Assembly: GCA_965649295.1 (NCBI GenBank)
Contig: CBFGKH010000005.1
Span: 123,937 to 187,936 of the forward strand
From: a candidate division WOR-3 bacterium
GTDB lineage: Bacteria > Hydrothermota > Tepidihabitantia > Tepidihabitantales > Tepidihabitantaceae
Length of the DNA stretch: 64,000 bases
Direction of reading: 5' to 3'
Part shown: positions 1-10,267 of the stretch, one piece after another
Numbering within the stretch: position 1 is the first letter of the stretch
Layout: every line of letters starts with the position of its first letter
Translations under genes and position numbers: made by a program
The notes under the pieces: generated by a model
Seen by the model: only the letters and a program-made list of their open reading frames with translations
What the model was told of the DNA's origin: nothing
Databases searched by the model: none

Positions 1-950
1 CGTGATACGTAATAGACCTTGCCGCCGCCACTCGACCAGCAGGGTGCGACTGTGTAAAACCCCTCGTTAGTCAGGCGACGAGAGGGTGTTGTCGCACCGA
101 TGGCTGCGCGGACTGAATCGGAGTAGGCCTTGGCCGCTATCTGCCAGTCGCGCCAGTACCGGCTGAGCGTCCTACCAATACTGCGTCGGGCATTGTAGTT
201 ATCGAGAAAAGGAAATGACCGGGCTCGAGCCAGGTTGAAACGGCGCGCGGCGAGCGAATCGTGTTCGGAGATGTATTGGAACAGCCTGCTGCCATACAGA
301 TATGGTGCGTTTCCGGCTGGGTAGCGCCGGAGTTCGTAGTTGCCGCAACGATCGATTGGTAGCAATGTACCATTGTCAGCAGCGGCCCGAATCATCGCAT
401 CGTAGTCGGCGCTGCGGAGTCTGCCGAACTCTGAGTAACGGGTCTCGCAGAAGATAGCGTATCCTTCATTAATCCAGGCAGGGGCGATGGCGTTGGGTAA
501 CGCAACTCGGCCGAATACGCGCCGGAGAATGAGCGGAAGGCCACCAGCCATGTCGGTCTGGAGAATGTGAGCGTATTCGTGCAGTATCAGGGTGCGAAGC
601 CAGTCGTCGTCATTGGTACGGCTACCTGGTTCGGGGGTTGGGATGATTGTGATTGTGTTGTTCGGGAATGGCGTTGCCCAACCGTTGAGATAGTCATAGA
701 AGCTGGCTATCACGATGTCAGTGCGGCCGGTGGGATGCCAGCCGGCCACCGGGGCGAGTGTCGTGTGTATCTCCTCGGCTAGGTTTGCCACACGTTGAGG
801 CAGGACTAGCGATTCTTGGGCGATTGGTCCAGACAGCGGAAAGTGAACCGCAAAGTGCTCACTCTCGAGAGTGTACCAGCGCAGGCGCGGATCAATGCTG
901 ACACTGCCCGGTAGCTGACTGCAAACGAGTATCAGGATGAAGAGGCTCAT
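1..950 (-). CDS. Secreted zincin (peptidase MA-like) protein, probably followed by TolB/PD40-like propeller; partial, runs off the left edge
   Basis: Not in the ORF track. Manual translation from ATG at 950 (ATGA overlap with truD stop) gives MSLFILILVCSQ...RWYTLESEHFAVHF, later LILHEYAHIL and PAWINEGYA (HExxH plus downstream Glu). Confidence 0.75.
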   Translation of the reverse strand, partial: MSLFILILVCSQLPGSVSIDPRLRWYTLESEHFAVHFPLSGPIAQESLVLPQRVANLAEEIHTTLAPVAGWHPTGRTDIVIASFYDYLNGWATPFPNNTITIIPTPEPGSRTNDDDWLRTLILHEYAHILQTDMAGGLPLILRRVFGRVALPNAIAPAWINEGYAIFCETRYSEFGRLRSADYDAMIRAAADNGTLLPIDRCGNYELRRYPAGNAPYLYGSRLFQYISEHDSLAARRFNLARARSFPFLDNYNARRSIGRTLSRYWRDWQIAAKAYSDSVRAAIGATTPSRRLTNEGFYTVAPCWSSGGGKVYYVS

Positions 951-2104
951 TGAGTCATCACGAGTCGCTTCAGCAGGATAGTGGCGTAGGCACCGGCTGG
1001 TAGAAACATCCCGAGAGTTAGCTTGAGTTTATCAGGATAGAGCTCGTCAGGCTCGGGCGCGGTTACGGTTAGCTGCTGTGGTACGATACGGGCAGAACGT
1101 AGATATGGTTTGAAGTAAATGCCGTGGATACGAGTCTTGAACTTGAGGTCTGCAAGCTTCAGACCCTGGGCCCGCAGGACTTTGGTAACGATGGCCTCGA
1201 TGCGTCTATCGTTGAATTGGGTCCGGGGAGCAACGGCCGGTATCTGCAAACCGGTCAGGTAGCCATCTTGATTTGCTGAGAGTTCTGACCAGAAGACGAG
1301 TTGGCCATGGGAATACTTTATTTCATTGGTGGCCGCGCCAAGCTGCCGCACAAGAGTCGCAAGGGTGTCATTCCAAAACCAGGCTTGGTAGGCGGCTATG
1401 AAAAGTTCAAGCATGGCGCGCGGTATCTGCGCTACCGCACCTTTGAAATCACGGGGCTTGCGGATGAGATGTTCGATTACCGGTCGGGCTTCCCGTGGTA
1501 CTATCTGAGTAATCTTGGCCCACTGTCCCCAGTTCTCGGCGATTAGTCTCTTTGTCCGCCTCACTTTGGGCGGATCGGCAAACGATGGGGTCGCGAGGTA
1601 GAGTTTGAGAGCACCATTGAAGTGTCCGTCAATGAGCTTGCGGGCTACGAAGCCCTCGCGGTGTCTGGCTGAGCCAAGGCGCTGTTCATCGTAGTAGTTC
1701 GCGTAGCCGAATTGTTGGACAAGTGGGAGGCCGCGTAGTATCGCGTCAGCTTCCTGTTTGGTCAAATCACGGACCGTTATCAAGAACTCGTTACCCAGCA
1801 AGTCGCGCCGACTCACTGGTCGCTGGCTGCGTCCGCAGTAGTCGAGCTGGTAGTTCTTCTCGACTATCTTCCGTGGGCCCTGACCGCGAACCGAAATGTA
1901 CTGAGTTGAAAGCGAATAGCGGTCCTTCAGTCCGGCCCGACCGGTAGCCATAAGCCCGTGACGACGTTCAAGCTCGCGAATGACGTCAAGAGTATTCCAG
2001 AGCCGCTTGCGCAGACGATAGACAGAGTGAGGTCCGGTTCTGCCCAGCGCCAGATTCAGTCGCTCGCAGACCTGGAAGTCTTCAGGGCGACACTTGATAC
2101 GCAC
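947..2104 (-). CDS. truD: tRNA pseudouridine(13) synthase TruD
   Basis: IKCRPEDFQV N-terminus, catalytic AGLKD motif, NYYDEQRLG, C-terminal FLPAGAYATILL. Start trimmed to GTG at 2104 overlapping the upstream stop. Confidence 0.9.
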   Translation of the reverse strand: MRIKCRPEDFQVCERLNLALGRTGPHSVYRLRKRLWNTLDVIRELERRHGLMATGRAGLKDRYSLSTQYISVRGQGPRKIVEKNYQLDYCGRSQRPVSRRDLLGNEFLITVRDLTKQEADAILRGLPLVQQFGYANYYDEQRLGSARHREGFVARKLIDGHFNGALKLYLATPSFADPPKVRRTKRLIAENWGQWAKITQIVPREARPVIEHLIRKPRDFKGAVAQIPRAMLELFIAAYQAWFWNDTLATLVRQLGAATNEIKYSHGQLVFWSELSANQDGYLTGLQIPAVAPRTQFNDRRIEAIVTKVLRAQGLKLADLKFKTRIHGIYFKPYLRSARIVPQQLTVTAPEPDELYPDKLKLTLGMFLPAGAYATILLKRLVMTQ

Positions 2105-2385
2105 TACGTGCGTAATGTCCGGATGATTAGTAATGCACCAAGGGTTACAAAGATGATGCCGGCGCCAAGGTGCAGCCACTTCACAGGAACAAAACGTGAT
2201 ATCAGTCCACCCAGCAGGCAGGCGAGCAGCGAACTAGCAACAAGGGCCAGCGACGACCCAATGAAGACACTCCACACCGACTGATTGCTACAAGCAAAAG
2301 AGAACGTCGCCAACTGTGTCTTGTCGCCGAGTTCAGCAAGGAATACTGAGCCGAAGGTAACGAACAGCAGTTTCCAGTCCATCAA
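2104..2385 (-). CDS. TMEM165/GDT1 (UPF0016) family Ca2+/Mn2+ transporter, single-repeat form
   Basis: FLAELGDKTQLAT signature and three hydrophobic segments. Confidence 0.9.
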   Translation of the reverse strand: MMDWKLLFVTFGSVFLAELGDKTQLATFSFACSNQSVWSVFIGSSLALVASSLLACLLGGLISRFVPVKWLHLGAGIIFVTLGALLIIRTLRT

Positions 2386-3308
2386 GAGCTCCCGGTTTCT
2401 AACAACGTCGCGACCTCCAAAGCCTTGCCGAGGGGCTTGACTGTTAGGTCACGGTTTATCCGTCTCACGAGTCCAGCCAAGACTTGTCCTGGGCCGACTT
2501 CGTAAAAATAGGTGCAGCCCATTGTTTGAGCGCTGACAATCGTATCGGTCCAGCGCACAGGATTGGTCAACTGCCGACGCAACTGCTCGCGCAGTTCGGC
2601 CGCGTTTCGGGCAGGTTTGCCTGATAGATTGGGGATGACCGCAAAACGGGGTTCGTGGAACTGGAAGCGGTCTAGATAGTCGCTGAACTCGGCTGCCGAT
2701 TCCTCAAGCAGCGGTGAGTGGAATGCTCCAGACACCGGGAGCATGACAGTTTTCAGCGCACCTCGTTGCTGGCATGCGGCAGCAACCTGTCTTACCGCCT
2801 CTATCTCGCCGGATACGACTATCTGCCTCGGTTCATTGTAGTTGGCTGGCACGACGATTCCTGGTGTCTCCTCACAGATTTGCTCAACTATCGCCTGGTC
2901 GAGGCCAATGATGGCCGCCATTGTTCCTGGCTTCTTTGAACCTTCGGCAAACATCAATTCACCACGTCGCTTCACCAGTCGCAGCACTGAGTCAAAGTCA
3001 AGCACACCAGCAGCATACAGAGCGGTGTACTCGCCGAGGCTGTGGCCGGCGACACAGAGCGGTTCGAGATTGGGTAGCAATGCCAGGACTGCTAGCGAGT
3101 GAGTGAGAATGGCTGGCTGGGTGTAACGTGTTTGCCGAAGTTCGTCTTCGGGTCCTTCAAACGACAGGCGGCGAATGTCAATCTCAATAATGTCTGTCGC
3201 CCGATCGTAAACATCACGGGCAGCCGGGTAGCGTTCATACAGGTCAGCGCCCATGCCGACAGTCTGCGAGCCTTGTCCAGGGAATAACAGACCGAAGTTC
3301 GTGTTCAT
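2382..3308 (-). CDS. fabD: Malonyl-CoA:ACP transacylase
   Basis: FPGQGSQ, GHSLGEY, VSGAFHS motifs. Confidence 0.97.
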   Translation of the reverse strand: MNTNFGLLFPGQGSQTVGMGADLYERYPAARDVYDRATDIIEIDIRRLSFEGPEDELRQTRYTQPAILTHSLAVLALLPNLEPLCVAGHSLGEYTALYAAGVLDFDSVLRLVKRRGELMFAEGSKKPGTMAAIIGLDQAIVEQICEETPGIVVPANYNEPRQIVVSGEIEAVRQVAAACQQRGALKTVMLPVSGAFHSPLLEESAAEFSDYLDRFQFHEPRFAVIPNLSGKPARNAAELREQLRRQLTNPVRWTDTIVSAQTMGCTYFYEVGPGQVLAGLVRRINRDLTVKPLGKALEVATLLETGSS

Positions 3309-3425
3309 AGTTCACTCCAGTTTGTTGGGGGCCATCGCCATCCGGCAATCTTACGAGCTACCCTCGATGCGGTCAAGCTGACCGGATTGACTATGCGGCG
3401 ACGAGAGGTATCATCTAATCACCCG

Positions 3426-3923
3426 ATGACAAGACTACTGATTTTGATTGTATTGACGTTAGCCGTTGCTGTTGGTGCCAGCACCGGGTTCTTGACAATC
3501 ACAGTCGATTCGATGCCAGCGCAGGTTTATGTTGACGCAACTACGGTGTTTCTTGCCGACGGACCTAGGGTTATCGAGGCTGAGCCGGGCAAGCACTTCG
3601 TGTCGCTGTTCCCGCCAAGCAAGGTGTATCGGGCAGCTAAGGAACAAGCTCCTGACCATTTCTGGAGCCGATTGCGTCAAGCCGGTGCAATTGGCGATGA
3701 GTATGGCCTGTTAGCGAGTTACGAGGCCGGCGCGGTTAGGGCTGGGACCGATTGGGTTTATGTTGTCCCGGATGAAACGCTGACGGTCGCGCTCTCCCGA
3801 GCGGCTGTCGCTAGAACCTATCGCCAGGATTCAGGCTGCGTGGCGCGAACCTTTGTTGGCTGGGCAGCATTGATTGGTGTCGCGATGGTTCTGAGCGTGG
3901 TGCTGGCCGCCGTAACTCCCTGA
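3426..3923 (+). CDS. Hypothetical exported/membrane-anchored protein (PEGA-like beta segment, C-terminal TM helix)
   Basis: Signal-like N-terminus from ATG 3426, GFLTITVDSMPAQVYVD segment, hydrophobic C-terminus. Confidence 0.55.
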   Translation: MTRLLILIVLTLAVAVGASTGFLTITVDSMPAQVYVDATTVFLADGPRVIEAEPGKHFVSLFPPSKVYRAAKEQAPDHFWSRLRQAGAIGDEYGLLASYEAGAVRAGTDWVYVVPDETLTVALSRAAVARTYRQDSGCVARTFVGWAALIGVAMVLSVVLAAVTP

Positions 3924-3944
3924 GGCCCGCGTGAGATTCCAGAA

Positions 3945-5552
3945 TCAGGGCAGTCTCACAACCCGCACTCTGCTACCCATGCCATTGCCGGAGTCCTCAA
4001 GGACGAAGTAAACACCAGCGCCAAGATAGCGGCCGTCTAGTCCCAATCCGTACCACGACGTGGGAGCGCAGCCGGCCCAGACCATGCGGCCGCTGGCATC
4101 AACTATCTGGAATCGTCTTGAGCTTGTTGATGCAATCTTGACTCGTTCACCTGCTCGACAGACGGTTGGCGTGACTGTCAGGTGGTCTTGTGTAGTTTGT
4201 TTGGCGTCAGCGATACCGGTAAACCCAATGGGCACGGTGATATCGTAAGGGTAGAGGTTCTTGCCGGTGATTACGAGGCGTAGCCTGCCGGTATCGGATG
4301 GGTTGATGGCTAGACTAACTGCGCCCTGCGAGTTTGTGTAGCCGTATGCATAGACTGACGAGTCCTTGCTTGCGCAGACAAGCGCACCCTGGACAGGAAC
4401 TGTTCCCCGCATCACAGTCACGGGGAATGTCTGCGGGCCAGGAGCAATGCTGGCGGGGTGAGTGACAGTCGGCAGGTAAGGGGTTGCAGTCCAGATGCCA
4501 AGGTCAGGGTCACCGAGAAGATTGAAGCCGCGATAGTCGCTGACATAGCTTGGATACTCAAGACGGAGTTGTTGTTTGGCACGCAGGCACGTCCAGCCCA
4601 GCTTGTAGATACCGTCAAGAAACAGTCCATCGAAGAAGCCACGACAGACTGCTCCACGGACTGGCGCCACGTCTGATGCTGAGTGGGTGTTACCGAAGAA
4701 GGCAACCGCACCACGGGGAATCGTGGCGGTGCCAGTGCGCATCCACGAGTCGCCGAGCATCTGTTCACCAGGTGTCAGCGTCATCGTCGCGCAGGTAATT
4801 GAGAGCACGATCGGCAGCTTATTCGGTGTGGTGACGAGCGATGGTCGGACGCTGAATGGTGAGTACCATGTACCGGTTGCGGTTCCGCGATAGAGAACTA
4901 GGCCTGTACCATTGTTTACAGACGTGATGATGTCCATCGCATCATCACCGCGGGCTGCCGACAGCGAGTCACAACGGACAAAACCAGCGGCGGCGGCCTG
5001 TTGTGCAGCTCGACGGACATTGCCCCAGTAAATGGTGTCATCAGAGTCGCCAGTCTCGCGCACAATCGTGGTGAGGCGGCGCATCCAGAGACTGTCAGTC
5101 AGGTCTGGCGTTTTCTCGTAAGCAAGGGTCTTTGCCACCATCGCATCGAGCTGGGCGGTTGTGTAGGCAGGCAGTCGGCCAACAGCCAGCTCCGCAACAG
5201 TGTCGCCATTGACATCGCCGTAGATGTTGTCAGAGCTGACATAGACCGATCCATGACTCGTGTACTGACGAGCAGGAAGCAGACTCTGGGAGCCAACCAA
5301 GAGAACGCATTCCGGCCTTATCGTCCAGGTATAGTATGCGTTCCTGATGTAATTCTTAATAGCAGTCGTATCGTTACCAATCTCGGAAAGTCGAGTGACG
5401 ACGCATTTCATGCCAGTTGCGTGTTTCCATTGCGCCAGCGGTAGAATCGAATTGTAGAAGGCGTCGGGCGTGATGATTAGATACCGTCCCCCAGTTTGTG
5501 CCAGTGCAGTCAAAACGAAAACAGTCGCAAGCAGGGATACTCGCTTCACCAA
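3945..5552 (-). CDS. Peptidase C25 (gingipain-like) protein with T9SS/FlgD-like C-terminal domain
   Basis: RYLIITP, SSDNIYGD..GD...ELAVGRLP, SITC, FNLLGDP motifs; C-terminal DASGRMV...LGAGVYFV sorting-domain pattern. Confidence 0.85.
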   Translation of the reverse strand: MVKRVSLLATVFVLTALAQTGGRYLIITPDAFYNSILPLAQWKHATGMKCVVTRLSEIGNDTTAIKNYIRNAYYTWTIRPECVLLVGSQSLLPARQYTSHGSVYVSSDNIYGDVNGDTVAELAVGRLPAYTTAQLDAMVAKTLAYEKTPDLTDSLWMRRLTTIVRETGDSDDTIYWGNVRRAAQQAAAAGFVRCDSLSAARGDDAMDIITSVNNGTGLVLYRGTATGTWYSPFSVRPSLVTTPNKLPIVLSITCATMTLTPGEQMLGDSWMRTGTATIPRGAVAFFGNTHSASDVAPVRGAVCRGFFDGLFLDGIYKLGWTCLRAKQQLRLEYPSYVSDYRGFNLLGDPDLGIWTATPYLPTVTHPASIAPGPQTFPVTVMRGTVPVQGALVCASKDSSVYAYGYTNSQGAVSLAINPSDTGRLRLVITGKNLYPYDITVPIGFTGIADAKQTTQDHLTVTPTVCRAGERVKIASTSSRRFQIVDASGRMVWAGCAPTSWYGLGLDGRYLGAGVYFVLEDSGNGMGSRVRVVRLP

Positions 5553-5726
5553 TAGCTCCTTGGAATAGTCAACTCAGCGGACATAGTACCAAAGGCTGAC
5601 GCTGTGCTTCGAATGTTCGGTAATATTCTAGTGGTGAGCGGTTCTTTCTGTCAAGCTAGCGAATGGGCTGATTGCGACCGTTTGGGCTTGACAGCGAGCA
5701 GACCAGCCGTATCTTGGCGGGCCAGC

Positions 5727-6638
5727 ATGAAGTACCTGCATCATGGTAGCACCGGTGGCAATCTTGCGCGAAAAAGGCGGATTGGGGTGATAGGTGTCGG
5801 TCGGGTTGGCAGTGCGTTGGCGTGGCACTGCCGCCGGCTCAAGTGTAAAGTTGTGGGAATCGCTGACAGTTCCAAGGTGAGTCTGCGCTCGGCGCGTCGG
5901 CTGCTTGGCCCTGGTGTGCATTCTGTTGAGCCTCGTGAGCTTGCTGCTACCAGTGATGTCCTCTTCATCACTACCACGGATCGGGCAATCAGCACGGTGT
6001 ATCGGTATATCGCCAATGAGCTTCGTCCTGGCACCATTGTTGCGCATTGCTCAGGAGCGATTGGGCCAGAAATCTTTGACGATGCTTTGGAACGTCGGCT
6101 TGGTACTCTGGCGCTTCATCCTTTGCGAGTAATGGCCAGCACTGATCAGGCTGTTAGTAATCTCCCTGGTTCATTCTTTGTGCTTGCGGGCTCACGTGCC
6201 GGAGTCAGTTTCGGGCGTAGCTTCGTTCGAGCCCTTGGTGGCGAAGTACTACGGCTGAGAGCCGATTGTCGGCCACTGTACCATGCGATGTGCGTGTTCG
6301 CTTCGAACTTTCTGTTGGCCGGGCTTGTTGGGGCCGAGGTCATCAGTAAGCGGCTTGGTATTGCTCGTCAGACTGCGCAACCGGCATTGTTGAAGCTGGC
6401 AGTTTCGGCGCTAACAGCCGTTTCAGAACTAGGTCTCCAGAAATCATTGACCGGGCCAATTGCCCGTGGCGATGTCGAGACTGTAGAAGCGAATCTTGCC
6501 GCCTTGCAGAGCCATTTGCCAGAGCTTGTTCAGCCCTACCGTGAGTTCTCACGGTTGTTGCTCGAATATGTCAGGAGACGACGTCTGCCAGACTCGACGT
6601 TAGGGAAACTGCGTGCTACACTGGGTGCTAATGAATAG
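5727..6638 (+). CDS. Rossmann-like/DUF2520 oxidoreductase (PanG-like)
   Basis: GVGRVG dinucleotide-binding motif, HCSGA, ALHP, LYHA..VFASN, LTGPIARGD. Confidence 0.85.
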   Translation: MKYLHHGSTGGNLARKRRIGVIGVGRVGSALAWHCRRLKCKVVGIADSSKVSLRSARRLLGPGVHSVEPRELAATSDVLFITTTDRAISTVYRYIANELRPGTIVAHCSGAIGPEIFDDALERRLGTLALHPLRVMASTDQAVSNLPGSFFVLAGSRAGVSFGRSFVRALGGEVLRLRADCRPLYHAMCVFASNFLLAGLVGAEVISKRLGIARQTAQPALLKLAVSALTAVSELGLQKSLTGPIARGDVETVEANLAALQSHLPELVQPYREFSRLLLEYVRRRRLPDSTLGKLRATLGANE

Positions 6639-7629
6639 CCGTCTCGCTCTGATGGCAATTTGGGCACTAGCCTGCATTTGCGCTGGCTGTGCCAAGAAGA
6701 TGCTACCGCCGAGTCCGGACCGGTTTGCGCCGCACCTCATCGGGGTTGAAAGTCGGACGCGCGGACTTGTTGAGCTGCAATTCGATGAGGAGGTGGATGT
6801 AAGGCGCGTTATGCCGGACAGCGTGCTCATACGCGATGCCAACGGCGGGCTAGTCGTTCCGAAGCGGGTCGCTACTGGTCGCAGTCGTGACCGACTCACT
6901 ATCTGGGCACCACTGGTCCCAGGCTCGCTCTACGCATTGAGCTTGGCTGTTCCGGATCGATTCGGCAACTGGGCACGGGTGAAGACGCGTTTTGTTGCTG
7001 CAACCCGGTCAGATAGCGTTGCTCCGCGGGTCGTACGGGTAACGCCTTCGCCAGGAACCGGTGGCTTTCGGTTTGGTGCCCAGATTCGGGTGAGTTTTAG
7101 CGAGGCGCTGGACACCACCGGTGCCCGCGCCCGGCTGCTCGTCATGCCTAGGGAGCGGGAGTCGCTTTTTGATCTAAGCTGGGAGGCCGATTGGCAGACA
7201 TTGCGCATTAGCGCTCAGGATTCGCTTGCTGGAACATCGCCCATTTATGTATTACTACTGCCTGGTCTTGCTGACTTGGCTGGCAACCGAACTCGCGCTG
7301 CTGCATTCACCTACCTCAGCCCGGACTCGGTGTTCACTGGGCCGATAGTCAAGGGCCGAGCAATCTGGCGCAACGCCGGGCTTGGAACTGGCGTGGTCCT
7401 ATTTGAACATGACTCATCTCCTGGGCTAGCTCCGATCCTGGCTGATGGTTCGTTCCGGACGCAGTTGCTGCCCGGTTGGTACGACGCGGTGGCAGTCGTT
7501 GACACCAATCTCGATGGGCTAGCTGACTTGAGCGGGATCAGCCGCAGGTTCAGCACCAACCAGGAGAGTCTTAGTATCGCACTGGAATCTGTTCCTTCTC
7601 CAAGGCCACTTGGTAGCTATCGTCGCTAG
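6631..7629 (+). CDS. Ig-like (Big_5-type) domain lipoprotein
   Basis: Lipobox CAGC followed by AKK..PP.PDRFAP; FDEEV and FSEALD strands; DLAGN motif. Confidence 0.7.
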   Translation: MNSRLALMAIWALACICAGCAKKMLPPSPDRFAPHLIGVESRTRGLVELQFDEEVDVRRVMPDSVLIRDANGGLVVPKRVATGRSRDRLTIWAPLVPGSLYALSLAVPDRFGNWARVKTRFVAATRSDSVAPRVVRVTPSPGTGGFRFGAQIRVSFSEALDTTGARARLLVMPRERESLFDLSWEADWQTLRISAQDSLAGTSPIYVLLLPGLADLAGNRTRAAAFTYLSPDSVFTGPIVKGRAIWRNAGLGTGVVLFEHDSSPGLAPILADGSFRTQLLPGWYDAVAVVDTNLDGLADLSGISRRFSTNQESLSIALESVPSPRPLGSYRR

Positions 7630-9562
7630 CGCGGTACTGGCACTGCTGTCAGTCGTTGTCTACCGGCACCTGCTTGGGTCCGGTGTCGGGCGTCTGCTGT
7701 TGCTGCTGCGGCTCCTGACAGTCGGTGGCCTTGGGCTAGTCTTGGGCGGAATGGTGCTCGACTGGACCCGGGTTGAGCGCAGTCGGCACATCGCCTTTCT
7801 CGTTGACCGTTCCGCGAGCATTACCGCGATTGGTGCCGAGTCAGTAGCAAGTTCACTGGCTGAGTCAGTACTGGTGCCGTCGGGATTCCGACGAGATATC
7901 TGGGTGTTTGCTGACAGCACGCTGCCGGTAGCTGCCCGGACTGAGCCTGGTGCTGGCCGGACAAGGTTCGGGCGTGCTCTACGGCGTGTGCTTGCCACAC
8001 GACCAGCTGCCGTCGTTCTTATCAGCGACGGGCAGGATAATGATGACGAGCCGCTGGTAACAACAAATCTGACAGCACCTGTTTACACGATTGGTTTGGG
8101 TCCCCCACAGGCTACCAATCTAGCAATTGATGAAATAATAGCTCCGGCAACAGCTAGTGTTGGCGACAGTATCCGCGTCGCGGTCAGGTTCAGAGCAACA
8201 ACTGACCAGCCACGGCGTGTTGCCGTTCGACTGGGCAGTGAGGTGCGTCAGGCTGAGCTGGGTTCTGGCACAGCCGACTATGAGCTACCCTTTGTTGTTA
8301 GGGCCACGAGCGCCGGTATTCTGACGCTGGTGGCGACAATCGAGAGTGTCCCTGGTGAAGTCACCTACCACGACAACATTGGTTCGACAGCGACTAGGGT
8401 TGCGGTAGCGCGTGTTCGTGTAGCCTATAACGCGGGCAGACCTGGCCCGAGCAGCCGAATGATACTTGCTGCCTTACGGGCAGATGAACGTGTATCGTTG
8501 CGGCGAACCTCCTTGTTGACTGAGACTGATGTAGAGAGTGCCGACGTCTTCATTCTCGATGAGCCGACTAACAACACTCCGACGAGCAAAGTGACTGCGG
8601 CAATCAGGCGTCGTGTCTATGGCGGAGCCGGTCTGATGCTCATCACCGGGCCGGGTATGCAGTTCGATACCGAACTCGAGTCGTTGCTCGGGGCCAGGCC
8701 TGGGACAGTTGAACGGCGATCGACCCCTGTTGAGGCAACTGCAGTGGGCCGGATGCTCTCCTGGTTGCCCGATCCTACTACTCTCGCACCATTCACAATT
8801 GTCATGCCGCTGCGGACGACGAGACCGGGTAGCGAAACATGGCTTGCTGCTGTCGGTTCTGGTCAGGCCTTGCTACAGGCACACTCTTATGGACGGGGCA
8901 GAGTTGTCTATTGTGCGGGTTATCCACTTTGGCGATGGGGATTTGCCGATGGCAGTAGTGGCGTTGTCAGCCCACTAGCCAGTTTACTCAGCGGTATTAT
9001 TCGCTACCTAGCCCAGGGCAGTGGCGCTCGGTTTGAGCTAGCTCCGGTCCGATCGCTCTACCATGCCGGTGAGCCGGTCGTACTCACGTTTCGGGCTCTG
9101 GCCGTGGATGGTTCCGGGCTGGAGCGTCTTGATGTTCGACTGCGCTACTGGCGTCAGGATGCGGCGAACGAGACCCTTGCCACTGTCCTGACCGAGATAG
9201 GGGCGGGCAGCTATCTTGCCCGGCTGACTGCTCTGGCACCAGGCCGATATCAGGCAACCGCGGTGGCAAGAGCACCGGATTCGATAGTCGGGCAGGCGAG
9301 CACGGAGTTTGTCGTCTTGGAACAAAGCCTGGAGTTGAGCCGATTGGGACGCAACCGTTCGCTTTTGGTCAAAATCGCGACCGCGAGCGGCGGCCAGTAC
9401 TGGCCGAGCGAAAGCCTGCCTGCCAGTGAGGTCTTTATCAAGCCCCTGCCGCGGCAACGGCGTGTTGTGTTTGACTTTCGGCGGCTGCCTTTGGTTTTTG
9501 TTACGATAGCTCTGCTTGCAATCGGGGAGTGGTTACTCCGTCGGCGACAAGGATTGCTATGA
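7610..9562 (+). CDS. vWA-domain membrane protein with CARDB-like and GATase-like domains
   Basis: MIDAS-like VDRSAS and LISDG; GRGRVV...LWRWG; C-terminal EWLLRRRQGLL typical of this family. Confidence 0.75.
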   Translation: MVAIVASAVLALLSVVVYRHLLGSGVGRLLLLLRLLTVGGLGLVLGGMVLDWTRVERSRHIAFLVDRSASITAIGAESVASSLAESVLVPSGFRRDIWVFADSTLPVAARTEPGAGRTRFGRALRRVLATRPAAVVLISDGQDNDDEPLVTTNLTAPVYTIGLGPPQATNLAIDEIIAPATASVGDSIRVAVRFRATTDQPRRVAVRLGSEVRQAELGSGTADYELPFVVRATSAGILTLVATIESVPGEVTYHDNIGSTATRVAVARVRVAYNAGRPGPSSRMILAALRADERVSLRRTSLLTETDVESADVFILDEPTNNTPTSKVTAAIRRRVYGGAGLMLITGPGMQFDTELESLLGARPGTVERRSTPVEATAVGRMLSWLPDPTTLAPFTIVMPLRTTRPGSETWLAAVGSGQALLQAHSYGRGRVVYCAGYPLWRWGFADGSSGVVSPLASLLSGIIRYLAQGSGARFELAPVRSLYHAGEPVVLTFRALAVDGSGLERLDVRLRYWRQDAANETLATVLTEIGAGSYLARLTALAPGRYQATAVARAPDSIVGQASTEFVVLEQSLELSRLGRNRSLLVKIATASGGQYWPSESLPASEVFIKPLPRQRRVVFDFRRLPLVFVTIALLAIGEWLLRRRQGLL

Positions 9563-10194
9563 AGAAAGCGATTCTCATCGCGTTGCTACTGCTGGCTTTT
9601 GTGACCACTGTTGTCGGTTCGACCGGCGAACGAATAGCGGTTGGTTTGGAACAGCTAGGGCTGAGTCGCGAGCTGGTTGTCCTGGTTATCGCCATGCTAC
9701 CAATAGTCGAACTTCGTGGTGCTTTACCGGTCGGTATCAATCTATTTGGACTCGGGCTGGCACGAACGCTGATACTAGCGATTGTTGGTAACATGCTGCC
9801 GATATTTCTGGTCGTGCTGCTGCTCGAGCGAATCACCAGTTGGCTCGGACGATTCCGACTCTTCCGTCGCTTCTTCGACTGGTTATTTGCGCGCACCCGC
9901 AGCAAGAGCGGAATGATCGCCCGCTACGAGTTCTGGGGCCTGGTGATCTTCGTGGGTATTCCCTTGCCCGGTACCGGTGCCTGGACCGGTTCGATTGCTG
10001 CGGCGTTGCTGGGAATGCCCTACTGGCGGTCGCTGCTTGCTATTTTCATCGGTGTGCTGCTGGCGGCAGTGCTCGTTACGGCACTTTGTCTGCTTGGCTG
10101 GTGGGGAGCATTGGTGGCGGGCCTAGTGTTTGCTGGATTGGCGATTCGGGGCCTTTTGGTCGGGCGCCGGCGGCAGACTCCAAGTAAGACGTAA
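9559..10194 (+). CDS. COG2426/small multi-drug export family membrane protein
   Basis: MLPIVELRGALP and FVGIPLPGTGAWTG motifs. Confidence 0.9.
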   Translation: MKKAILIALLLLAFVTTVVGSTGERIAVGLEQLGLSRELVVLVIAMLPIVELRGALPVGINLFGLGLARTLILAIVGNMLPIFLVVLLLERITSWLGRFRLFRRFFDWLFARTRSKSGMIARYEFWGLVIFVGIPLPGTGAWTGSIAAALLGMPYWRSLLAIFIGVLLAAVLVTALCLLGWWGALVAGLVFAGLAIRGLLVGRRRQTPSKT

Positions 10195-10203
10195 GACGTC
10201 GAG

Positions 10204-10231
10204 TTGACTTGCCTTTGGCTTCTAGTATGAT
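10204..10231 (+). promoter_or_regulatory. Sigma70-type promoter for the EF-G gene
   Basis: TTGACT-16nt-TATGAT; AGGAGG RBS precedes GTG at 10268. Confidence 0.7.
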
Positions 10232-10267
10232 TCGCACCAGTTTCCCAGTGCATTTCAGGAGGATTCG

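Noticed and set aside
137..782. ORFs 137..373 (-) and 567..782 (+)
   Set aside because: Alternative frames overlapping the HExxH-containing gene that starts at 950.
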